From positions 32,001-96,000 of the IMG/VR virus record IMGVR_UViG_3300020576_003495: a DNA stretch of 64,000 bases; one strand, written 5' to 3'. The DNA is from a virus. Taxonomy: Duplodnaviria; Caudoviricetes. Positions 18,501 to 27,905 of this stretch are shown here, one piece after another (position 1 is the first letter of the stretch; each line of letters starts with the position of its first letter). The position numbers and the translations under genes were made by a program. The notes under the pieces were generated by a model. It was not told the DNA's origin, made no database searches, and saw only the letters and a list, made by a program, of their open reading frames with translations.

Positions 18501-21500
18501 AATAGTAGGTCAGCAAAGTCCACCGATGAGTCTGGTGACAGGATAGCTAAAGCTGATGGTGGGCTTATCCAAGGTGTAGGCACAGGAACATCGGACTCTA
18601 TACCAGCACTGCTATCCCATGGTGAGTTTGTCGTTAAGCGTGACGCAACAGACCACTACGGCACAGAGTTTTTGAGTCTTCTTAATTCTAGGGCGTTACG
18701 CTTTTCTGAAGGTGGTGTGGTTGAAGGGAAGCGTAAAGAGGGAATTGCTGGCTGGTTGTTCCACCAAAAATACACGGCTGAAGACGTAGAGAATTCTAAG
18801 ACCGTCAAGAAGTCTATTCTGAAAGAGTCGCAGCATGAAGACTTGCTAAACCGCGCCTTGTCGTCCGAAACCACCAGAAGGGCGCAAATTGCGCAAGCCG
18901 CAGCGTATTCTAATTATTCTCTGGGTGGTTTGGTTAGCCATTTCGATAGTGGTGGTGATTCAGGAGAATTGCTCCCCGGTCAGGTGATGTACAAAGGAAA
19001 ACCTACTTGGGCTTCTCAAGTGCCGAGTGAACCTAAGAAGAAAGAGGGGTTCTTTGGTTCGTTGTTTAGCAAAGTGGGGAGTACTGACGAAAAGAAACCC
19101 GCTGTAGGGAGCACACATGTAGAACCAGCGCATGCACAGGGAACCGTCCTTGGTAATAAGGATGAACTGCAAAAAGTTGCAAACTACGCTGAAGGCGGTG
19201 ACGTAAAACTTGAACCCGGACAGGTTCTGTACAACGGGAAAGCGGTCTGGGCTTCACAGGTTCCGAGGGATTCTAATAAAAAAGAAGGTTTATTTTCCCG
19301 CATCCTAAACAGCCTGACGCCAAAAGAATCAGAACCGAAATCTGACGACAGCGGCTTCTTAGGTGGTCTTCTTGGTAAGAGCCTAGAATCAGACGACAGG
19401 AGAATGGCGCGGACTGTTGCTGCTGCTAATTACGCTGATGGTGGTGGCGTTGGCGACAGCGCTTCTTGGGGTGGTGAAACAACTCGTTTCAATCGCCTTT
19501 CTTCAGACGAACCTAAGAAGTCGTCTACGACAACGACTTCCACCACAAAAACAATCAACTCAAACACAGGAAGAACTAAAGAAGCTGACGGTCACGGTAT
19601 TTTAGGAAGTGTTGCTAGGCACCTAGAACTGAAAGATATTGTAAAGTCTGGAAGGGCGCTAACCAACGCTGATTTGGCGGCTAAAGACCCGTCTGATAAA
19701 AACGTAGCGGCACCATCGTCTTCTAAAGGGTACAGCGAGGTAAAGGCGTCAGATAACTGGTTTAACGCGCTCAAATCTGCGCACAAGCGCAGCGAAGCCG
19801 AAGATATTTGGAATGAGTATCAGACCGCACGCATCGCACGTAGTAACCACTACGACAATTTCGGCAGTAGCCACACCACGTCTTCTACTGGAACTCGCGT
19901 AACTGCGCGTGACTTGGGGGGTCTGTACGCTTCTGGTGGTGATGTAGTTAATCCTACTCTTGTCAAGTATGCCGGTGGGGGTCTAGTCGGATTTAACACG
20001 GGAACTACACCAGAAAAACTGGCGGAAGCTGAAAAACAAAGACGCCTGACTGCGGGACAACCCGCATCAAACCCCACAGCTACACCTGCGGCTGATCCAA
20101 GCGGGGCTTTGCTGGCAATACAGCTTTCTAAAGGTTGGTCAAACGATCTTGCTGCTGCATCCGCCTATGGACTTGAGCCACTAACACCTAAGTCAGTAAC
20201 TCAAACCGTATCTAATGCCAGTGTTGTCAATACCAATAAAGATGAAGCCACAGTAAAGAGGACTCCTAGCGTTTTGGGTAGCGCTGCAAGGCATACTTCT
20301 TTAGTAGACGCGGTGAAGTCTGGAAGGGCGTTAACTAGCTCTGATTTGGCTGATGATGCTTCTTCGGGAAAAATGGCGGCAGTCGCATCTTCGTCCACAG
20401 GGTACAACGAAGTGAAGGCGTCCGACCAGTGGTTCAATAAGCTGAAATCTAATAGAAAGCGGAGCGAAGCAGAAGAAATTTGGAACGACTATCAATCGGC
20501 GCGTATCCAGAGAAGTAATCACTATGATAACTTCGGAAGTAGCCACACCACATCATCTACAGGAGAGCGAGTAACGGCTCGTGATCTAGGTGGTATGTAT
20601 GCTGAAGGCGGTATTGTAGTTCCCCCAATGCTGTCCCTTATGGACAGGTTTGCTGAAGGTGGTATTGCACAGCGAACGGGTGAGTATTGGGCGCACGATA
20701 ATGAAGAATTCGAAAAATCTCACCCGAACCCGCTACAGCAGCTTGGACGACTGCTAAACCCGATTACCGGGTTTGGGTCAGCACTGGGAACCGTTCACAA
20801 AGCTGCTGGTGAGGGGGATTTATTAGGCTTGGGGATGGGCATACTGGGTGCACTCCCTGTGTTCGGGTCTGCTGTGCACGGCGCGAGGGGGATGAAACTT
20901 ACAGCGGACTTGGTTAAGCGTGCGTCAGAACACACGCTCAAGGATCGCACAAAAGAAATGGTGGCAGAGAACATTAAACACCAGACCCATGCGAGCCTAC
21001 CTATCGGGGACATACTGGAAAGGGTTAAAAGTGTAAGGGGCGAGCTACCAAATCTGAGGAATGCTCCGCGTGCTAAGCGAAACTATGCGCAAGGTGATTC
21101 CAACAGCCTCACTGATTTCATTTCAGATAGCAGCAATATAACCAAAGTCTTAAGTTCTGCTTACGATAAGGACAAGCTTAAAGGCACACGCTACGCTCAA
21201 TTTGCTGAAGGTGGTGATGTTGTTGATCGTATCTTGACCGCATTTGGCCTTAACGGGAGGTTAGACCGCACAGCAGAGTCAGTACTTGGTGGAAAGAAGA
21301 AAATATACGGTGATGCTACCAGTGGGATACGCGGTGCCACGGGCGGGATGGCTACCCCTGACGGGTTTATCAATGCACTGGTGTCACACGGGGAATTCCG
21401 TGTTAACAAAGATGCTGTCTCCCACTACGGTTCAGGTTTGTTTAATGCAATTAACGATATGAGTTATTCTCGTTTTTCTGATGGTGGCCTAGCAGGAGCA

Positions 21501-21683
21501 GCTTCGGATATGCTAAATGCAGAAAACCTGCCCAACTCAGGCCAAACCATGACTCCATCAGAAATGATTGAGTTGAGTGTAAAGATTGGTGAGGCTAAAG
21601 CATCAAAAGTGCAAGGTTCTCGTGATAGCATATACAATTTGGTTCATTCTTTGCGAGACTTGCAAGATAGGTCAATGACGTGA
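12504..21683 (+). CDS. Tape measure protein, 3059 aa
   Basis: Position; Ala/Lys/Glu helical composition; hydrophobic segment near 14830-14960; GTGTSDSIPALLSHGEFVV domain. Confidence 0.9.
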   Translation: MAITQEVQILLKAVDGFTPTVKKINAAIVGLGGAFDGIKKNIAGVADLVARLESSLVGIGRAVAPALSSVQSQLDAIASSTEKAIAAPTNKALVNKASATANEQKAVGHGGDAVGHPFRGNQYTTVDASGLIVPRLVNKESTNSSSVIEHQTVVQQKVDRKDETHAEKNTAASVPTATQPTVPGQAAPAGFISKLLQHIPEQEGHASPGAPKVHDIPGASGVHALTEGFGELKEGVGASNEALEKLSNLIKVLGRGYLLLQGVKLFEEMAGEAAEVERLGTVVHMVGANAGYMASEVDAADKKVQSLGITASASRTSLTEFIKSGLALEGAAKLARAAQDLAVISGENSSDTFRGLTEAISEQSIMMLRWRGISVTNEEAQQKFAAQQGRSVSSLTEVEKKQALLNLTLERAASLSGIYEAAMGDVGKQASSLARYQEEAAETLQHAMLPAYSQVVTELTIFLRNLRTLTEEYNAAHHGSTGFSDGVGLVARNIRKGLETLVSYRQEITTLAKAYIAFKAAQAGVSFFANAKDTAKKGFGNLAEGKSWGGKAKGELAHDKEQVATDEAKVKATTAHAAASTKAEIAITGEATATGRLAGAVNATAIAYERMAVSRAAALKNPLSMVAGEVQNTNKAALQTTPTGSVAQKTPVKVPTQPTVYPVDVAAKVKAVERPKQPVNIMSASVNAALNNPNGNLGYTQYNPAGKLVNDGGSFSGQRASAALGYRPRPVDNALSLVPVVASRSPTKAPTVTAEASGASNVANAASTIAPAVISATGAVGVLGKAFTVVGGIIKGIWSLLGGIPGIIIGLAGYWLVFGGGVEKIGKVFDVIAHTAMNIKDTIHSWFSGDNEKKEQLKNRIADRNKAYAESQKDEAHLELPESKEYSGLYKTKRDAEEKKIYLEYQQGKIVQQLKASYNVGDQEKSDELKEQIRTAKEEAKAANEALEKYEEENKDKLTPGVKKLITSKADKEAFQKGIENQNRLDVTDLQNTRKQTGQDQTIFNYGAPVSIGLMSNLKEARLEVDAFSKNMYGADASIQRVTQAYENFIDSAKTTGEIIVAQREWQKLIDENAAKLDVLTQLKGGASKEKAGASPKEAALFKATSESITDEANKSGETPDEIIAKRIKAAEALKSGFTDFGNPLKASQKREEELKASPEKAKAYYDELVKTGEISKEVATSFDGNLDGQIDLALGHAAGLTKEFERLGATVQSLSAEKAAFNAWELAIDELTKKTEYFAKQIAKVKELNDAQFQLETSALSGAEFKGDKTSTVMASINVEAERIKYERAMAYIKLTADKRKAVSTVSTQTGLDSDSTKKETTLANERETYEKSLKAYREEHKAEIEGTPEKAKDSHGTEGKKNSGFFNILVNGYNVKDDKVVAGVVEAKEKGKVEVPEAAKKPATPEVKAATAPTPPVATTTKKEGSGVEDVIRNTEEKKKALEERLVKEGKGRELEIYTAEQKLTELKKAKDKVLATESAKTKEDAETKVVEQEKKVAELKDALARDKKFASAAYVTNRLESLNAKPVSELTASEKEEKTQLTQANAKGVDTTGTKSLTLEGTSSDKAQLDKYNFVLENAEKQKKSEDKYKKEAATREDSASTNAKESKANLEEKAGISALALDADSAKDRLKVSQNYYDALRKQLDIYYAGYTAKVESMRDIHKGEIDLATTLVNQRHGDVIAGEQMKFNPLKENIYSAEAAQGQAKLGAEGAKYEENLSALKKSEDKQKEMVNKGDATPHDKQLQLNQIEAEGITKRLALNKDYFSQLNSLREDALAKAKQHAQAAVDFEKQARDTILEGNKTLREMNRTNMSAPDKYIDQKKEYAEAMSRGEEMRKAGDFKAAEKQFQSAQGMASGLLNSDAVDPLTAKREAMERHAAATQSLVGVQTEQGSIERAGEASQMATVQNVTETMSRLSESMHELATNAEVKLNPKLDEAAIADIQKQLNGVTADHTADIKVALNNESVDALYKSVQGALDNHTFSVNIEEANVKGSNSRSAKSTDESGDRIAKADGGLIQGVGTGTSDSIPALLSHGEFVVKRDATDHYGTEFLSLLNSRALRFSEGGVVEGKRKEGIAGWLFHQKYTAEDVENSKTVKKSILKESQHEDLLNRALSSETTRRAQIAQAAAYSNYSLGGLVSHFDSGGDSGELLPGQVMYKGKPTWASQVPSEPKKKEGFFGSLFSKVGSTDEKKPAVGSTHVEPAHAQGTVLGNKDELQKVANYAEGGDVKLEPGQVLYNGKAVWASQVPRDSNKKEGLFSRILNSLTPKESEPKSDDSGFLGGLLGKSLESDDRRMARTVAAANYADGGGVGDSASWGGETTRFNRLSSDEPKKSSTTTTSTTKTINSNTGRTKEADGHGILGSVARHLELKDIVKSGRALTNADLAAKDPSDKNVAAPSSSKGYSEVKASDNWFNALKSAHKRSEAEDIWNEYQTARIARSNHYDNFGSSHTTSSTGTRVTARDLGGLYASGGDVVNPTLVKYAGGGLVGFNTGTTPEKLAEAEKQRRLTAGQPASNPTATPAADPSGALLAIQLSKGWSNDLAAASAYGLEPLTPKSVTQTVSNASVVNTNKDEATVKRTPSVLGSAARHTSLVDAVKSGRALTSSDLADDASSGKMAAVASSSTGYNEVKASDQWFNKLKSNRKRSEAEEIWNDYQSARIQRSNHYDNFGSSHTTSSTGERVTARDLGGMYAEGGIVVPPMLSLMDRFAEGGIAQRTGEYWAHDNEEFEKSHPNPLQQLGRLLNPITGFGSALGTVHKAAGEGDLLGLGMGILGALPVFGSAVHGARGMKLTADLVKRASEHTLKDRTKEMVAENIKHQTHASLPIGDILERVKSVRGELPNLRNAPRAKRNYAQGDSNSLTDFISDSSNITKVLSSAYDKDKLKGTRYAQFAEGGDVVDRILTAFGLNGRLDRTAESVLGGKKKIYGDATSGIRGATGGMATPDGFINALVSHGEFRVNKDAVSHYGSGLFNAINDMSYSRFSDGGLAGAASDMLNAENLPNSGQTMTPSEMIELSVKIGEAKASKVQGSRDSIYNLVHSLRDLQDRSMT
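18969..19310 (+). repeat. Duplicated 34-aa module in tape measure (18969-19070, 19209-19310)
   Basis: PGQVMYKGKPTWASQVP..KKEG vs PGQVLYNGKAVWASQVP..KKEG. Confidence 0.85.
19596..20612 (+). repeat. Duplicated 115-aa module in tape measure (19596-19940, 20268-20612)
   Basis: Both copies contain VKSGRALT, EVKASDxWFN and RSNHYDNFGSSHTTSSTGxRVTARDLGG. Confidence 0.95.
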
Positions 21684-22081
21684 TTATAATTCGCTTAGGG
21701 GGTTTGGAGTTGAATCCAAGCCTGAACTGGACAGACAGGTTTCAGTCGTATCAGGTGGCTCAGACGGTTAGCCGCACTGTGGGGGGTAAAGCCGTAGTTT
21801 TTGCCACGCCTTTGCAAGCGGGTCGAAAGGTCACATTGGAGTCAACGCAAGAGCAAGGCTGGTTAACGCTTGACATGGTGACTGACCTAGCAGTTATGGC
21901 GTCAACGGTAGGGTCTTCCTTCTTGCTTGAAGTCGGTGATGATGCAGGGACGTTAGAAACGCTAAATGTAATATTCAGGCACAACGAACCCCCTGCGTTA
22001 GAATTGTCCCCCATGATAAATCGCCCCAAGCATGAAACCGAAGATATGTTTTATGGGAAAATAAAGCTGTTAACCATCTAA
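21680..22081 (+). CDS. Putative distal tail protein
   Basis: Overlaps tape measure stop; WTDRF...GRKVTL pattern. Confidence 0.6.
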   Translation: MIIIRLGGLELNPSLNWTDRFQSYQVAQTVSRTVGGKAVVFATPLQAGRKVTLESTQEQGWLTLDMVTDLAVMASTVGSSFLLEVGDDAGTLETLNVIFRHNEPPALELSPMINRPKHETEDMFYGKIKLLTI

Positions 22082-22111
22082 ATTTGCAATTACTTTCATT
22101 GGAGTTTCACC

Positions 22112-23095
22112 ATGGCACTACTACCCGCCGACATCAAGCTTTTCAAACCCGCTAACATTTCAGACACGTCATCCAATGGCGGGGAGATAACCACCGTTGA
22201 ATTGTTGGATGTGGTTGGGGCATTATTCGCCAACGTGGATAATACAGAACGTACTACAGGATCAACCAAGTGGCGCAAGATGTTCTACAAGCTGCATAAT
22301 AACGGGATTGATCCTTTGATAGCCGCACGTGTGTTCATGGACAAGGATACGGGGGGTAGCGATACTGTTCTATTCGTCCCCGGAACAACGACAGACACGC
22401 AGAGCAGCATTAGCGCATCGCCCATTTTTGGTGTGTTTCCCCTAAGCCAATCCATCCTGTCAGGATCAACAGAAGTTAAAGCCACACTACCCGCTGGCAT
22501 AGCCAACCCTTTTTATATTGGCGGTGTTATTCGGGTAACCAACAAGCCCACAGTAGCTGATGCGGGTGATGAGGATTTCGTTACTGTAACGGCCATGTCG
22601 GGAACTACAGGCGTTATCACTATGACGGTCAGCCCTGCGGTCAATAGTTCGTACACAGCAGCAACAACCAAAGTAGCGGGTGTTCATGAGTTTGGAGATT
22701 TAGTGGCAAACGTATCCGACCTTGTTGATGCGTCGGCCACAGGATCATTGGACATCTCAAGCATCGTGTGTAACAACAAGGCAACCATAGACTCTGTGTG
22801 GACGTTCGCATTCACATCAGCTACAGCGTTCAATGTGTCATCCAGTGCGCTTGGTTCTATGGGGACAGGGAATATCGTTACTTCTACGTTTTCTATCGAC
22901 AACGCTGGTGTTAGCCTTCCGTACTTCACAATCCCCAACACGGCTTGGGGCGGCACGTTTACCAACGGGGATACTTTTAACTTTACGACCAATGCGGCAA
23001 GCGTACCTTTGTGGATAAAGCGTGTTGTTCCTGCGGGTTCTACACCAACAACGGTTAATCGTGCTGTTTTCGTTCTTGACGGCGGTTCAATCTAA
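22112..23095 (+). CDS. Tail tip structural protein
   Basis: SNGG, RKMFYK, PLWIKRVVPAG; shares motifs with 27905-29647. Confidence 0.65.
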   Translation: MALLPADIKLFKPANISDTSSNGGEITTVELLDVVGALFANVDNTERTTGSTKWRKMFYKLHNNGIDPLIAARVFMDKDTGGSDTVLFVPGTTTDTQSSISASPIFGVFPLSQSILSGSTEVKATLPAGIANPFYIGGVIRVTNKPTVADAGDEDFVTVTAMSGTTGVITMTVSPAVNSSYTAATTKVAGVHEFGDLVANVSDLVDASATGSLDISSIVCNNKATIDSVWTFAFTSATAFNVSSSALGSMGTGNIVTSTFSIDNAGVSLPYFTIPNTAWGGTFTNGDTFNFTTNAASVPLWIKRVVPAGSTPTTVNRAVFVLDGGSI

Positions 23096-23097
23096 CC

Positions 23098-24099
23098 ATG
23101 GCATTAGAAGTCCGTGCCGTAGTAGCCAACATACCAGCTACGGTAACAAAACTCCACGGATACCCGCTTAAGCTGGTTGGGGATTCTTTCCATGTGCAGG
23201 TGTATCCACCGGGGAACGTTGTTGAGGTAACTGATGGGACGCTGAATCTAATAAAAGCCAACATACGGATTTACATCCCCGGTTCCTTGGTGCGTTTTAA
23301 CAACTCTGTTACAGCCCCATCTGGTTGGCTGGAAATAGGGCATTGGGCAATACTGTATAGTTTTACTGAGACTGTTCTCCACAGCACCAGACCGCTATCC
23401 ATAACATACGACCAAGAATCAGGAAACTTCATAGCTTCTCATCCGTGCCATGCCGCAATAAAGATGGAACCTTTCTTTGCCGAGTACGATTTGTATTCCT
23501 ACACACCCGCTTTCGGTAAAGAAGTTGTGACCTTCGATCCTTGGCTTGGTAAAGAGTACAGAATGTCATCCACGTTTTATGGCACAGCGTACTGCATTCA
23601 TAGGTTTGACCCCGCTCTGCAACTGCCGCCTGCTGTGGCTACGTTTGACATACCCGCGCCGACCATTATTCCGTCTAGTTCAACCAACCTGTATAACACC
23701 TATAGCATAACAACGCCCACCATATTGACTGACCGTGGGGAGTGGCTGCGACCAGCTAAGTGGGACAGCCCTGATTACGATAAAGCCAATGCTTATGGGC
23801 CGGGTGTTGAGGGGCCGAGTAAAGAAGACTCGTGGGTAATGAAAAACAGCGTCATTGAAACAGGACATAACACGGCTGACGGGGACAATATTCACCACAC
23901 AAAACCGAAGCCTCTTGTTATCGGCAGCACGGTAGTTCCAGCGGATCAACTTGTAGTGCAGTATCAAATAAACAAAAAGCCGCCCGGTATGAGCGAGCAG
24001 GACTACCAGAACAGCTTATCTTACGCAGCAAATCGTATTGCTTACCATAATGCCAGCCAGATACTTGATACAACCACACCCGGTTCTGGTGTTGCCTGA
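23098..24099 (+). CDS. Hypothetical tail-region protein
   Basis: Long ORF coupled to neighbours. Confidence 0.55.
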   Translation: MALEVRAVVANIPATVTKLHGYPLKLVGDSFHVQVYPPGNVVEVTDGTLNLIKANIRIYIPGSLVRFNNSVTAPSGWLEIGHWAILYSFTETVLHSTRPLSITYDQESGNFIASHPCHAAIKMEPFFAEYDLYSYTPAFGKEVVTFDPWLGKEYRMSSTFYGTAYCIHRFDPALQLPPAVATFDIPAPTIIPSSSTNLYNTYSITTPTILTDRGEWLRPAKWDSPDYDKANAYGPGVEGPSKEDSWVMKNSVIETGHNTADGDNIHHTKPKPLVIGSTVVPADQLVVQYQINKKPPGMSEQDYQNSLSYAANRIAYHNASQILDTTTPGSGVA

Positions 24100-27000
24100 T
24101 GTCTGAACCATTAAGCATAGGTATCGTAAAGGATAGGGATGAAGCTAAGGCGTACTTCAAACCTGAGACAAGTTTTTATACGTTTTACACTGTTGAGGAT
24201 GTTTATTTATCCCTAACCACGGATACGGATAACGATCCTATTTTTGGTAGTGTGTCCCTTTACAACCCCGCAAAATCAAGTAAGGCCAAACCCCTAAACT
24301 CCACAAAGCATATTGCGCCAGAAAAGCAGTGGGGTAACGCTCCGACAACGAATGTAACGGCTAACGCCACAGTGCCTACAATGGTGTCCAACCAGCTTGG
24401 TCAGCGGTCGTGGGCGTACAGTCCGACAGCCTTCTGCGTAAGCTATTCGCCTTCTAATATTTTTAATTGGGGAGGTAAAGCACACAGCATCTTGACGACG
24501 AGAACGCCCAACGAGTTTCCTGTTTCATGGGGAACGCGGCCAGCGATGTACACACAAACAGCATTACCAGCAACAACAGCAAAAGCAAGCTACAACATAG
24601 AAACCGTAGTCCCGAAGTTACCTACGCCTAGATGGTGGAGGCGCTGCGGTGTGCAACGTGTCGTTAGCGAAAATTTTGGCTCACGTTTATTTTATGTGCT
24701 GACAGACTCTCTTAGCCGTTTCTATGTTTACCCCGTAGGCATCCCCTTAAGTGACATTGTTGATGGCGTAACTTCTGACCGTGAGTACTATGCACCGGAT
24801 GCTTACGTGCAGTCTTGGGATTTTCCTTTTTCTGCACACGGGCTAGAGGTTCCATCTGCCGACACAGCTTACGCGCTAAACTCCAAACTGTACAAATCAA
24901 GCACGTTCAAAGCCAACGCACGCCCTGTTTTTGTGTGGGGTAATTCACCCGTTGATGGAGATTCGGCTAAAAGTAATCCAACAACGTATGATGATTGGGC
25001 GGGGTACGAAAGTGGATTTTCCCTGTCTAAGCCATTAAATTCAGCGCATTACGTGTGGTCGTTCAACTACAACAGCACACGCGCTACAACCATAGCCTAT
25101 AAGTTGAAAACGGATCAACGAGTCATGCAGGGTATTCTTGGTGATGATTATCCGATGTGGAGACACAAAGACTGTCCCTACGGGTACGCCATACCTACAG
25201 TGCTGAAGGATAAAGTAAATGCTAGTGTAGCGTCAGCAATGGCTGTGGAAGGCGTTAACTTTTCAAAAGACAACCGTACCCTTATCCCCTGCAAAGATTC
25301 TGTTACCGCTTTGCTTGAAGTGGGTATAGACATTGTTTTGACGGGGGACACGATAGGAGATTTCGTAGCAACGTTTTCTGTACTTAAAGCCGACCTGTCA
25401 ACAACAAGCGGGAATTATTATGTGGCGTCGGGGTATTCGCGCCCAAAGTGGTCGGACAACTGGCAGAAAATAGTTAACGGTAATGGTCTGGCATGGTCGA
25501 CCTTAAAGTTGTCTGGTGATACTACTGATCTAGCAGGGTACCGACTTACGGACACAGTTTTTACGAACAACACAGAAACAAACCTAGATTTCTCAGCGCG
25601 TGCTAGCGTGTCGACAACAAAGAAAGATTTTTATGAGTACATCCGGTTATTCTTCTCTGAGGGCAGGAGTGACCTTGATGAGTTTTATACCGAACTTGTT
25701 AAGGTTCTGCCAACCCTTGAAGTAAAAAGCAGTACCGTGTCAGGAGATTTCTGGTCGTGTAAGCCTGCGGACGTAAGTTCTAATAAAACGGGGTTTACTA
25801 CAGCTACGTGGGGGCCGATGCTCAAAGTCCCTATAGGCACAATGATAACGGATTACGAAATTTATGCTGGGGACAGGTTAGTTGATCCCGGCGAAGTTAC
25901 GTTTGTCTCCATGCACTCATTGGCATGGCACCTATTAAATGATCCCGCGCTACTGAAATTTATCAGTGCGCAGATAGCTGTTAATTTGAGTCGTAGCGAT
26001 TACGTTGAGGATTCGCACGATGAGGATGAGCTAGCTTATTATTTTGGGGCGTACTACTACCCCGGCGTAACCATAGACGGCGAGCTACTGTACATACCCA
26101 CTGCCACTAACCCAGATACATCTGCCACGTTAGAACACTATCCAGAGGCGCTGTATGCTTTCCAAGGCTACTTATTAGAAGCGCTCTACTTTGTAAATTC
26201 ATCTAAATCAGCATTGTTTACTGAAGCGTATGACGGCCCGTTATCCCATTTCTACTGGCACAACTATGACATAATCTTTAGACTGATGCAGTTGGCTCTG
26301 GTTAATAAGCTGCTGATTTATTCTGAGCTAGAGGATGTTATACGCACCAAGTTTATGCAGGTGTATTTTCAGTTCATGTTCACCGGAAGCACTTCTCCGC
26401 TAGAGATAAAGCTAGAATTCCCGCACCCGCCTGACCCCCCACCACCAGCCGAGACTGACTACCGAACCTTGTACTTCGACAATCTATACGAAGATTGGAG
26501 TATTAGCACCATAGATGGGTACATGGTATCCAACATAGATACGATGCGTGTCAGGTTGCCGTTGAATGCGGCGGCGTCTAACACGCTAGACATCAACGTT
26601 CTTCCCGAGGATCGAACAAAACGGTTCATGGCGACGTTGGTTACTTTCCCTTCAGCGGACGCCGAATTGGTCTATGCACAGACGCAAGCCATGGAGTCGT
26701 TTGGGAGGAAAGTGTACGACTTTAAAGCTTTTTTATGTGGCTACGAGACGTACACAGAGTATGACGATACCACAGGGCTACCCACAGGCAATACGCCTGT
26801 TAGAGACATGTACGTGTATAAGTTGGTGGACACAGAGTACGTCGTTAGCCGTACCAGCTTGGATATACTTGGTAACTTCCCTGAATTGAAACAGGAGGAT
26901 TTACCTTCTTACGGCAAGCCGTTGAATCTCCCGCCGAATATAAATGCCGCGCCTTTGGACATGGAGTGTGCTGAGTTTTTAAAGAGTGATGCGCTCAACT

Positions 27001-27905
27001 ACACCAGACTTGCCTTTAGAAATATCCAAAGTAGCGGTGAAGGGACGAAGCCTTGCGAAACCTATTGGTCTGTTACCACGGGTGTTGATTTCCACATAAA
27101 AGTGACGAAGGATACGGTTACCAATGTGGTGGCTGCGCATGACTTTTCAAATTCAGACACTATGATTTATGCGTGTTCTGCCAATGAGAACTTTCATTCG
27201 TTTTCTTTGGGATCAGCACAGCTTCGGGCTACTGAAGTTGTTGAATTAAACGGTGGTGTTTTAGAGTCAGATATATTGACGCCTTCCGCGTCAGGAACAA
27301 CCCTCGACATATCAGAGTACGCGCTGCTTTACAATTGGGTTCATGCTAACTTTTTTGGGTCTGATTACTACATCCCTAAAACATGGCTGCACTCATCTCC
27401 CTATGCTACGGATGGGAGTGCTGCAACAGAAGCCGCTTTAACCTACGGTGATATTCCAACGAGAGAGTACCTTAATCGGGGCTACTCTATGGGGCCAGAA
27501 ACGCCGAAGGGTGTGTATTCATTCGTAACGTCAGATGCCTACGGCTCAGCCGCTGGCTATTCGCTGCCGCCTAAAGGCACGTTGCAAGTAATTTCAGCGG
27601 CAATACCCACAACAGGCAAACGTAAAAATGCCATATCATCAAAGTATTCATCGGCGCAAACACTGGACTTTGTGTTTTCTAGGAGGCGCAAAGGGGACGC
27701 CACGTTCTACTATAAAACCACGCATAACGACCTATTTAATGGCGCTTTTGCACTTGCTTTATCAGAACCTAGAAAGTACCTGTATTATTGCGATACAACG
27801 TCTTCTGGTGTCGGCGGAGGGTTTGCTACGGCAGGGGGGTTTTACCCATTCAAGCTGCCCAATGTGGGCACAGAATCGTGCCCTAACTTAAAGAAAGAAT
27901 GGTAA
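24099..27905 (+). CDS. Large hypothetical tail-region protein, 1268 aa
   Basis: Long ORF with coupled start and stop; no family recognised. Confidence 0.55.
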   Translation: MSEPLSIGIVKDRDEAKAYFKPETSFYTFYTVEDVYLSLTTDTDNDPIFGSVSLYNPAKSSKAKPLNSTKHIAPEKQWGNAPTTNVTANATVPTMVSNQLGQRSWAYSPTAFCVSYSPSNIFNWGGKAHSILTTRTPNEFPVSWGTRPAMYTQTALPATTAKASYNIETVVPKLPTPRWWRRCGVQRVVSENFGSRLFYVLTDSLSRFYVYPVGIPLSDIVDGVTSDREYYAPDAYVQSWDFPFSAHGLEVPSADTAYALNSKLYKSSTFKANARPVFVWGNSPVDGDSAKSNPTTYDDWAGYESGFSLSKPLNSAHYVWSFNYNSTRATTIAYKLKTDQRVMQGILGDDYPMWRHKDCPYGYAIPTVLKDKVNASVASAMAVEGVNFSKDNRTLIPCKDSVTALLEVGIDIVLTGDTIGDFVATFSVLKADLSTTSGNYYVASGYSRPKWSDNWQKIVNGNGLAWSTLKLSGDTTDLAGYRLTDTVFTNNTETNLDFSARASVSTTKKDFYEYIRLFFSEGRSDLDEFYTELVKVLPTLEVKSSTVSGDFWSCKPADVSSNKTGFTTATWGPMLKVPIGTMITDYEIYAGDRLVDPGEVTFVSMHSLAWHLLNDPALLKFISAQIAVNLSRSDYVEDSHDEDELAYYFGAYYYPGVTIDGELLYIPTATNPDTSATLEHYPEALYAFQGYLLEALYFVNSSKSALFTEAYDGPLSHFYWHNYDIIFRLMQLALVNKLLIYSELEDVIRTKFMQVYFQFMFTGSTSPLEIKLEFPHPPDPPPPAETDYRTLYFDNLYEDWSISTIDGYMVSNIDTMRVRLPLNAAASNTLDINVLPEDRTKRFMATLVTFPSADAELVYAQTQAMESFGRKVYDFKAFLCGYETYTEYDDTTGLPTGNTPVRDMYVYKLVDTEYVVSRTSLDILGNFPELKQEDLPSYGKPLNLPPNINAAPLDMECAEFLKSDALNYTRLAFRNIQSSGEGTKPCETYWSVTTGVDFHIKVTKDTVTNVVAAHDFSNSDTMIYACSANENFHSFSLGSAQLRATEVVELNGGVLESDILTPSASGTTLDISEYALLYNWVHANFFGSDYYIPKTWLHSSPYATDGSAATEAALTYGDIPTREYLNRGYSMGPETPKGVYSFVTSDAYGSAAGYSLPPKGTLQVISAAIPTTGKRKNAISSKYSSAQTLDFVFSRRRKGDATFYYKTTHNDLFNGAFALALSEPRKYLYYCDTTSSGVGGGFATAGGFYPFKLPNVGTESCPNLKKEW

